Positions 1 to 6,816 of a stretch of 32,000 bases of DNA are shown in pieces. The translations under genes and the position numbers were made by a program. This DNA comes from Nitrosospira multiformis ATCC 25196 (lineage in GTDB: Bacteria > Pseudomonadota > Gammaproteobacteria > Burkholderiales > Nitrosomonadaceae), in NCBI RefSeq assembly GCF_000196355.1, contig NC_007614.1:1740001-1772000 (forward strand), read 5' to 3'. Position 1 is the first letter of the stretch, and every line of letters starts with the position of its first letter. Below the pieces are notes generated by a model. That model did not search any database, had not been told where the DNA came from, and worked only from the letters and a program-made list of their open reading frames with translations.

Positions 1-297
1 CACGACGTCTATCTTGACCTCCCGGTAGCCCCCTGGGAGGCGGCGTTAGGCGCAACGATAACTGTTCCCACTCCGGAAGGAATGGTTGACCTGAAAATAC
101 CTGCTGATTCCACTACCGGACGGAAGCTGCGACTCAAAGGACGCGGTATTCCCGGCAAAATACCGGGTGACTTCTATGTTGTATTGCGCATTGTGCCACC
201 GCCTGCCACCGATGAAAGTGATAAGGCCTTTTATCGCAGCATGGCGGAGCAATTCAAATCGTTCAACCCGCGGGCCAAACTGGGAGTGCAGGCATGA
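1..297 (+). CDS. cbpA: Curved-DNA-binding protein CbpA (DnaJ-like co-chaperone), C-terminal fragment; the 5' end lies outside the window
   Basis: Frame 1 is open from base 1 (HDVYLDLPVAPWEAALGATITVPTPEGMVDLKIP...GDFYVVLRIVPP...), which resembles the DnaJ/CbpA C-terminal domain. The stop overlaps the next start (ATGA at 294-297), the classical cbpA-cbpM junction. Confidence 0.8.
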   Translation, partial: HDVYLDLPVAPWEAALGATITVPTPEGMVDLKIPADSTTGRKLRLKGRGIPGKIPGDFYVVLRIVPPPATDESDKAFYRSMAEQFKSFNPRAKLGVQA

Positions 298-650
298 GTG
301 ACGAAAACGAATATCAAAAGGAAGCATCTTCGTTACAGCCAGGGCAGACAGTAACCATTATTGATGAACAGAACGCGTTGACACTGACAGAGATCAGCCA
401 CGCGTGTTCAGTACAAACGGGATATATCATCGAACTGGTGGATGAAGGGTTAATTACCCCGGAAATTGCGACAGAAGAACATGAACCCCATCGCTGGCGC
501 TTCTCAGGCGCGCAAATGCGGCGTGCCAGAACGGCCCTTCGACTGCAAAGCGATCTTGGTATCAACCTTGCGGGAGTTGCGCTTGCCCTGCAGTTACTGG
601 ATGAAATTGAGACCTTGCAAATGCGATTGAATGTACTGAATAACTGGTAG
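294..650 (+). CDS. cbpM: Chaperone modulatory protein CbpM (MerR-like fold)
   Basis: 118 aa, translationally coupled to cbpA. The core LTLTEISHACSVQTGYIIELVDEGLITPE...RWRFSGAQMRRARTALRLQSDLGINLAGVALALQLLDEIETL resembles the E. coli CbpM layout. Confidence 0.75.
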   Translation: MSDENEYQKEASSLQPGQTVTIIDEQNALTLTEISHACSVQTGYIIELVDEGLITPEIATEEHEPHRWRFSGAQMRRARTALRLQSDLGINLAGVALALQLLDEIETLQMRLNVLNNW

Positions 651-956
651 CTGTTACCTGCTTGCATCATTCTACCCCTCGAATCACGCGATGGGAGCTT
701 CCACTCCGATCTCCCGAAGCCCTGTTTTTACGCCCTCACCCCTAGCCCGCTCTCCTCATCCCGGTTCGTCCCCAGCGCTTCGCTCCCCCTGCACACAGCG
801 AGAGCGCTTCATCCCTCCATTATCGAGGCCTTGCCCTTTATGTACGAAAACGAACGGAACACGAAGCGGTAGCTCAGGCATTATCGCCCCTAGTAATAAG
901 CTCGGCCTTCCAGAACCGCCTCATCGCCCTCCTCATCTGCGGTTCAGGCGTGCCCA

Positions 957-1427
957 ATGAACGAGCTTAACAAGATGCTCCAGCAGACCGCGAGGCCGGA
1001 TGTCGAGTTATTTTTAAGGGCAAAGCAGCTTCTCAGGCATAGGGATAACTTTAAAATGGAAAAAGAACCGCTGATCAAATTACCCTGGCGCGGGAGGGAA
1101 ACGATTGAATCAATACCCCCGCTACTGGAAGGGGCGCAGCGAATAGAAATAACCCTCCCCTCCAACTATAACCACGCCCTGTTTGAAACGCTCCATCCCG
1201 GAGAACCCCCGGCTCAACTTGAAGAGATTGACGCAGCAGGTGGACCGGAATTGCTTGGCCGTATTGCAGCCGTCAGCGGTCTGGAAGAATTCAGTCGACT
1301 CACAGAACCTCTAACCGCTGCTCGTGCGAGAGTGCAAGTTTTAAGCCCTGCAAAAGTCTTTATCATACTTCCCGGTGCAAACCTTAAAAGCAATGAACGG
1401 ATCATCCATCCTGAAGCCGGGGAATAA
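957..1427 (+). CDS. Hypothetical protein (156 aa); overlaps the start of the downstream PLD gene
   Basis: ATG-initiated ORF with a non-repetitive, mixed-charge composition. I recognise no family. Its 3' end overlaps the predicted PLD start at 1393 by 35 nt, which suggests an operon. Confidence 0.4.
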   Translation: MNELNKMLQQTARPDVELFLRAKQLLRHRDNFKMEKEPLIKLPWRGRETIESIPPLLEGAQRIEITLPSNYNHALFETLHPGEPPAQLEEIDAAGGPELLGRIAAVSGLEEFSRLTEPLTAARARVQVLSPAKVFIILPGANLKSNERIIHPEAGE

Positions 1428-3546
1428 TTGCTGGCGCATCGAGCACGCGCACAAGGCTGCCTTTATCGTTGATGGAGCAGATTTTTTTCGTGCTTTCCGG
1501 GAAACGGTAAAACGCGCCCGCCGTTCCGTATTGATCATGGCCTGGGATATCGACAGCAGGCTGAAACTGGTACGGAATGAAGAACCCGATGGCTGGCCGA
1601 CCACCCTCGGGGATTTCCTCAACAGCCTCGTCAAACGTAACAGAAATCTCCATGTTCATGTCCTCGACTGGGATTTCGTCATGCTGTTTGCAGCTGACCG
1701 AGAATGGCTTCCTCTCTATAAACAACGATGGAATGGCCACCGACGCTTGCATTTTCATCTTGATGATCATCATCCCACCGGAGCCTCCCATCACCAGAAA
1801 GTCGTGGTAGTTGACGACCAGGTGGCATTTGTGGGAGGGCTGGACCTGACGCTGGGTCGCTGGGACACGACCGAGCACGCGGCGTGTGACGAGCGGCGCA
1901 GGGATTTGCTGACAGAACCCATACCGCAGCCTTACCACGATATCCAGATGATGGTTTCCGGCCCGATCGCCAGCGCACTGGGAGAATTGGCGCGTGAACG
2001 GTGGTTCCTTGCAACGGGACAGAAACTTTCTGCTCCCAGGGTCAGGAGAGAAACAGACTACTGGCCGGATTATCTTGCACCCGACGTTGAGAACATCGAG
2101 GTTGCGATCGCCCGCACTGTTCCCGAATATGAAAACCAGAAAGAAGTGCGCGAGGTGGAACGGCTGGTGCTGGACTTGATCGCTTCCGCACGCCACAGCA
2201 TCTACATAGAAGCGCAATATTTTACTTCCCACATCATAACGGATGCATTGGTTCGGCGGCTGGAAGAAGAAAGCGGTCCGGAGATCGTCGTGCTGCTGGC
2301 GGAACAAACAGTCGGTTGGTTATCGCAATACACCATGGATGTGCTGCGCGAGCGCTCGCTCAAGCGGTTGGTCACCGCAGATCGGTATCACCGCCTGGCC
2401 CTTTATGAGCCGTGCATCCCCGGCCTTGTCAACGAATGCGTGAACGTCCACTCCAAAATTATCATCATTGATAATGAGCGGTTGCGTATCGGATCAGCCA
2501 ATCTCAATAATCGCTCCATGGGACTGGATACCGAATGCGATCTTATGCTTGAAGCGAATGGCAGAGAGAATGTAAGCCGGGCAATAGCTGGTTTTAGGGC
2601 ACGCCTGCTTGCCGAACATTTAGGCATGCATGCCAGTATCATCGAAGAACGCATGGCGCGGGAAGGATCTTTGATCCGTACGATCGAAGCGTTGCGAGGT
2701 CATGGTCGTACCGTACGGCCGTGGCAGTTTCGAGTCGCCGCCGATGTGGATGCCCTGGTGCCGGACGAAGATATCGTGGACCCTGGCAAGCCGCTTGATG
2801 CGGGCTTGCTGATGGGGAAGCTTATTCCCGAGGGAGAACGCGCACCTGTACGAAGTCACATCGGTCTCATTGTATCGATACTGATCAGTGTATTGGCGCT
2901 CGCTGCCGCCTGGCGCTGGTCGCCTCTCAAGGAATGGATAGATGTCAGCACCCTGGTAACGCTTGCCGCCGAATTCGAGCGCGCTCCAGCTGCTCCATTC
3001 ATTACGCTCGCCATATTCCTTCTCGGCGGTTTGATTGCATTTCCACTCACTGTGCTTATCATGGTATGCGCTCTGGTATTTGGTCCCTGGTACGGTTTTC
3101 TCTATTCGATGGGGGGCGCGCTATTGAGTGCTGCCTCCAGCTACGGTATCGGCCACTTGGTAGGACGCCATACAGTTTGGCGCTTTGCCGGAAAAAAAAT
3201 CCGGGACCTGAACAAACGCCTGGCCCGACGCGGTCTGATGACAATCATCGCTCTCAGGATCATACCGCTCGCTCCCTTCACGGTCGTCAATCTCGTTGCA
3301 GGGGCGTCGCGGATTCGTTTCCGGGATTTCATGCTGGGAAGCTCAGTAGGCTTGCTGCCCGGGATAACCAGCATATCCGTCTTTACGGATCAGCTGGCTG
3401 CCACCATCCAGAAACCTGACCTGCCGGCGTTTGCAGCATTGGTTGCAGTTGCTGCGATCATAATCGTCATCGCATGGACATGCTGGAGATGGGCGAGCCG
3501 ACGGCGCGAGACGATGAACCTTTCACCAGTTACTCAATCTGACTGA
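1393..3546 (+). CDS. Phospholipase D-family protein (two HKD motifs) fused to a C-terminal VTT/DedA (TVP38/TMEM64) membrane domain
   Basis: HKD motif 1 is HHQKVVVVDDQVAFVGGLDLTLGRWD and motif 2 is VHSKIIIIDNERLRIGSANLNNRS. The last ~230 aa form multiple hydrophobic helices typical of VTT/DedA proteins. The start is taken at MNGSSILKPGNNCWR (1393) rather than the GTG at 1375. Confidence 0.85.
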   Translation: MNGSSILKPGNNCWRIEHAHKAAFIVDGADFFRAFRETVKRARRSVLIMAWDIDSRLKLVRNEEPDGWPTTLGDFLNSLVKRNRNLHVHVLDWDFVMLFAADREWLPLYKQRWNGHRRLHFHLDDHHPTGASHHQKVVVVDDQVAFVGGLDLTLGRWDTTEHAACDERRRDLLTEPIPQPYHDIQMMVSGPIASALGELARERWFLATGQKLSAPRVRRETDYWPDYLAPDVENIEVAIARTVPEYENQKEVREVERLVLDLIASARHSIYIEAQYFTSHIITDALVRRLEEESGPEIVVLLAEQTVGWLSQYTMDVLRERSLKRLVTADRYHRLALYEPCIPGLVNECVNVHSKIIIIDNERLRIGSANLNNRSMGLDTECDLMLEANGRENVSRAIAGFRARLLAEHLGMHASIIEERMAREGSLIRTIEALRGHGRTVRPWQFRVAADVDALVPDEDIVDPGKPLDAGLLMGKLIPEGERAPVRSHIGLIVSILISVLALAAAWRWSPLKEWIDVSTLVTLAAEFERAPAAPFITLAIFLLGGLIAFPLTVLIMVCALVFGPWYGFLYSMGGALLSAASSYGIGHLVGRHTVWRFAGKKIRDLNKRLARRGLMTIIALRIIPLAPFTVVNLVAGASRIRFRDFMLGSSVGLLPGITSISVFTDQLAATIQKPDLPAFAALVAVAAIIIVIAWTCWRWASRRRETMNLSPVTQSD

Positions 3547-3628
3547 AGCTCGCCGACTTTCTGCTTTCGGCCCGGCGGTTTTCAGTTTAAATGTCTGTCT
3601 TACAGAAAACCGGGATTCATGAAATTCT

Positions 3629-4315
3629 ATGCAAATGACACTGGCTACCTACAATATACACGGCTGTATCGGCGCCGACGGACGCTTTAAACCTGACCGT
3701 ATCATAGACGTTCTGCAGGAGATGAATGCGGATATAATTGCTCTGCAGGAAGTAGAGCATCACCAGGTTGAAGGGTATGACCTGCTGGATTATTTCGCCG
3801 TAAAGACCGGGTTCACCGCCATTGCCGGACCCACCCTGGTACGCCGCACACACCACTATGGAAACGCCCTGTTGACGAAGCTTCCGGTCCTGGCAGTAAA
3901 TCGGATAGATCTTACCCTGCCTGGCCGGGAGCCGCGCGGAGCGCTCGATGTCACTCTTGCCTGGAATGACCGGCGGGTGCACGTGGTTGCCACCCATCTC
4001 GGTCTGCGACCTTCGGAACGACGGCAACAGGTACGCCACTTGCTTAAGCTGTTTGAAATCCGTCTTACGGAGATATATGTATTAATGGGCGATCTCAATG
4101 AGTGGTTTCTGTGGGGACGCCCTCTTCGCTGGTTGCACGCTCACTTCAAGCGTCCTCCTCACTGCGCCACATTTCCCGCGCGGAAACCTTTCATGGCGCT
4201 GGACCGTCTATGGGTGCATCCGCGCCGTCGCCTGAAAAGCCTCGAAGCTCATAGCAGCAGCCTCGCAAGGATTGCATCGGATCACCTGCCCCTGAAAGCC
4301 ATAATAGAAATCTGA
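3629..4315 (+). CDS. Endonuclease/exonuclease/phosphatase (EEP) family protein
   Basis: 228 aa with the N-terminal TYNIHG...DIIALQEV and C-terminal SDHLPL signatures of the EEP fold. It lies 82 nt downstream of the PLD gene on the same strand. Confidence 0.85.
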   Translation: MQMTLATYNIHGCIGADGRFKPDRIIDVLQEMNADIIALQEVEHHQVEGYDLLDYFAVKTGFTAIAGPTLVRRTHHYGNALLTKLPVLAVNRIDLTLPGREPRGALDVTLAWNDRRVHVVATHLGLRPSERRQQVRHLLKLFEIRLTEIYVLMGDLNEWFLWGRPLRWLHAHFKRPPHCATFPARKPFMALDRLWVHPRRRLKSLEAHSSSLARIASDHLPLKAIIEI

Positions 4316-4404
4316 GCGGTTGATCCCTGATATCTGCGCAATCGGGATTTATGCCAGTTCATCCCCGTCCAGGAATTATCTTTCTACTCGGTTGCTTTGA
4401 CCCT

Positions 4405-4647
4405 TTATAGACAAGCAGCGTCCGGGGGAATGCACAACGTACACTTGCCGCTTTCACCCTGCTCGCAGCATTTATTCGGGAAACAGGTACCTCCGGCCGG
4501 AGGCCCTCCCCCGCCCCCACCGCTACCATTACCATTCCCGGCTATATCGATAAGACCCAGACAATCACGCAATAAGCGAACATCGAGCCCATGCAGGCCG
4601 CATAGCATGCAATCATAGCGGGAACTGACGGAAAAAATGCAGGGCAC
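4405..4647 (-). CDS. Candidate small Gly-rich/Cys-rich peptide (80 aa from GTG, 67 aa from the internal ATG); speculative
   Basis: The ORF ends ...IDIAGNGNGSGGGGGGPPAGGTCFPNKCCEQGESGKCTLCIPPDAACL, with 6 Cys in the last 27 aa after a Gly run. There is no convincing RBS and the start is non-ATG. Nothing else explains this 410-bp gap. Confidence 0.25.
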   Translation of the reverse strand: MPCIFSVSSRYDCMLCGLHGLDVRLLRDCLGLIDIAGNGNGSGGGGGGPPAGGTCFPNKCCEQGESGKCTLCIPPDAACL

Positions 4648-4728
4648 CCGATGCAGCCAAGAATCCAGCGGGGTGTCGAGGGATGCAGGCAGCCTCTGCA
4701 GTTTCTTGATTTACAGCTGTTAACCCTA

Positions 4729-4746
4729 GGCTCAGGACTCATTAAT
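4729..4746. repeat. IS terminal inverted repeat (transposase-distal end)
   Basis: GGCTCAGGACTCATTAAT compared with the reverse complement of 5554-5571 (GGTTCAGGACCTATTAAT) matches at 15/18. The transposase stop codon lies inside it. Confidence 0.8.
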
Positions 4747-5499
4747 TGAGATAGAAGATGACAGTTGCGGCGATACAGATGGCAGAGAAGAAGGTATGGG
4801 CACAGCGGTCGTAACGCATGGCGATCCTGCGCCAGTCCTTGAGCCGAGCGAACATGTTCTCGATCCTGTGCCTTTGCCTGTAGAGGGTCTTGTCGTATTT
4901 GATCTGGATTTTGCGATTCCTTTTTGTCGGTATGCAGGGCGTCATGCCTTTGGCACGCAACGCTGCCCGGAACCAGGCAGCGTCATAGCCGCGGTCTGCA
5001 ATCAGGGTTTTGGCTTTGGGCAATGACGGCAGCAGCACACGTGCTCCCTTGTAATCGCTCATCTGCCCTTCGGACAGGAGCATGGCCACAGGCTTGCCCT
5101 GACCGTCGCAGACCACATGAAGCTTCGAGTTCAGGCCGCCCTTTGTGCGACCGATACGGCGGGGAACATCCCCTTTTTTAGCAGGCTGGCTGCCGTGCGG
5201 TGGGCCTTCAGATGCGTGGCGTCGATCATCAGCCTCTCGGGCGTTTCCTCTTTACCGGTCAGTTCCACAAAGATGCGGTTGAACACGCCCAGTCGGCTCC
5301 AGCGCACGAAACGGTTATACAGTGTCTTGTGCGGCCCGTATTCCCTGGGGGCATCCTTCCATTGCAGGCCATTCCGAATGACGTAGATGATCCCGCTGAT
5401 CACCCGCAGATCATCAACACGGGGAACTCCGTGGGACAAGGGAAAATAAGGTTTTATACGGTTGAACTGTGTTTCCGACAGGTAAAACAAATCTCTCAT
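4742..5499 (-). CDS. IS5-family DDE transposase, made as an OrfA-OrfB fusion by a programmed -1 frameshift
   Basis: OrfA (5131-5499) ends ...HRTAASLLKKG. A -1 slip on A AAA AAG continues as GDVPRRIGRTKGGLNSKLHVVCDGQGKP... into OrfB (4742-5116). The DDE residues are plausible in IDATH, ADRGYD and RHRIENMF. Confidence 0.85.
5173..5179 (-). other. Programmed -1 ribosomal frameshift heptamer A AAA AAG
   Basis: The minus strand reads CTA AAA AAG GGG exactly where the two transposase frames overlap. Confidence 0.7.
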
Positions 5500-5553
5500 G
5501 GCAGCACCTCCGCCATAAGTGAATCACATTTGATCCTATTCGTGAATCATGAA

Positions 5554-5571
5554 ATTAATAGGTCCTGAACC
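5554..5571. repeat. IS terminal inverted repeat (transposase-proximal end)
   Basis: ATTAATAGGTCCTGAACC is the inverted partner of 4729-4746. Confidence 0.8.
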
Positions 5572-5858
5572 TAGTTCCGAAGGATGGGACGTAATCTTAC
5601 CGGTCCATCGTTACTCACGCTTACAGGATTTACTCAGCTGCGTGCGCCTCGTCCCTTAAATCCGCCCCCTTCGCGAGCGTGAAACAAGTGTTCCCCGTGA
5701 TGTCCGCGAAATTGCGATACGTGTCCAACCGCACAGAATTTCCGCCCGAAAAACCTATTATCGCGGGTATCAGCAAATAATTTTTCATAAAACCGAGAGG
5801 TTTCCTGTCTGGAAAATCCGGCACCGTGCGAATGAAATCAAGTCTGCAGGAGGTAAAA

Positions 5859-6404
5859 ATGCTACGAAGAATAGTGGCACTCGCCGCAGTTGCTGCAGGA
5901 GGGATGATGTTATCGAAAACATTCAGGAAATCGAGGGACTCCGGATACACATCGAGTGTGGAGAACTTTATCGAAGTCAATGTACCGGTTAGTACTGCAT
6001 ATAACCAATGGACCCAATTTGAAGAATTTCCCAGGTTCATGAAAGGTGTGCGCGAAGTACAACAGATCGATGATACCCACCTGCATTGGCGGGCAGAGAT
6101 TGCCGGCAAGGAAGAAGAATGGGATGCCGAGATTACGGAACAGGTTCCTGATCAGCGGATCGCATGGCACAGCACGAATGGTGCCAAAAATTCTGGTGTT
6201 GTGAGCTTCTACGGAATCTCCGACTCAAAAACCCGAGTGGTGCTGAAGATGGATTATGGACCGCGGACCTTCCTTGAAGGACTGGGGGACGCTTTGGGGG
6301 CAGTAAAGGCACGTACAAGCGAAGATCTCCGGTGCTTCAAGGAATTTCTCGAAAGCCGGGGAAAGGAAACCGGGGCGTGGCGCGGTTCGGTCGGACAGCA
6401 TTAG
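5859..6404 (+). CDS. SRPBCC (polyketide cyclase/dehydrase-like) family protein with an N-terminal membrane anchor
   Basis: AGGAGG lies 8 nt upstream of the ATG at 5859. The protein starts with MLRRIVALAAVAAGGMML, followed by EVNVPVSTAYNQWTQFEEFPRFMKGV...WRAEIAGKEEEWDAEITEQVPDQRIAW, typical of cyclase/dehydrase SRPBCC proteins. Confidence 0.75.
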   Translation: MLRRIVALAAVAAGGMMLSKTFRKSRDSGYTSSVENFIEVNVPVSTAYNQWTQFEEFPRFMKGVREVQQIDDTHLHWRAEIAGKEEEWDAEITEQVPDQRIAWHSTNGAKNSGVVSFYGISDSKTRVVLKMDYGPRTFLEGLGDALGAVKARTSEDLRCFKEFLESRGKETGAWRGSVGQH

Positions 6405-6816
6405 CACTTCTCAGACTCAAAGATCATACTAACTTCTCCCCTTGGTACGATCAAAGCACTCGGTCGCCTTTTGGCAGCCCGCTTTCTTCAAAGAAAATTC
6501 AAAAAGCTTCTCGATATAGAGAGACTCCTCTTTGGGACACTCGATCCACCGATCTTTTGCCGGCTTCTACGTAATCCCTGCTTCCACTACCCCTGCTGTT
6601 GTTTTTCCAGCCTATCTTCAGTACAGGAAATTCCTGAACAGTCCTGGCAGTCCTGAGCGAGCGAATTGCAGTTAAAATCGGTTGTCCCAAGGCATATGTC
6701 CGATCATCACCTCCTTTTCGGCAGCATTCCCGTATCCAGTTGCGCCAGTAAGTATCTGTTCAGGGCCCCTCATGTTATAGAAGAAATAAGGAAAACAAGA
6801 AGCAGGAAGATGAACA

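Larger units (their letters stand above)
4729..5571 (-). mobile_element. IS5-family insertion sequence (IS427-group-like), 843 bp, apparently intact
   Basis: 18-bp imperfect terminal inverted repeats (15/18) enclose a two-ORF DDE transposase with an A6G slippery site. The element is flanked by identical CTAG tetranucleotides (4726-4729 and 5571-5574), consistent with a TA (or up to 4-bp) target duplication. Confidence 0.85.

Noticed and set aside
691-960. 89-aa Pro/Ser/Arg-rich ORF in the cbpM-downstream gap
   Set aside because: It is low-complexity with no RBS and no recognisable fold. The 306-bp region is better left as non-coding. It also contains an imperfect GCGCTTCGCT...AGCGAGAGCGC hairpin without a U-tract.
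1402-2307. 301-aa minus-strand ORF inside the PLD gene
   Set aside because: It is fully antisense to a gene with clear HKD motifs. It has an Arg/Pro-rich, low-information composition and no family resemblance, typical of a shadow ORF.
3547-3628. GCCGA...TCGGC hairpin followed by GGTTTTCAGTTT between the PLD and EEP genes
   Set aside because: It has only a 5-bp stem and an interrupted U-tract. A terminator between two genes that look co-transcribed is unlikely. It is not reported as a feature.
4397-4618. Plus-strand ORF with a PPPPPPLPLP run
   Set aside because: It is the complement of the Gly-run in the minus-strand Cys-rich ORF. The poly-Pro frame has no start context and looks like the shadow of the other frame.
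4542-4742. 66-aa minus-strand ORF starting at the IS boundary
   Set aside because: Its start codon lies inside the IS terminal inverted repeat and overlaps the transposase stop. It is an artefact of the insertion junction.
5630-6109. 159-aa minus-strand ORF overlapping the SRPBCC gene start
   Set aside because: It is antisense to a gene with a strong RBS and recognisable fold motifs. It has no RBS and an odd composition.
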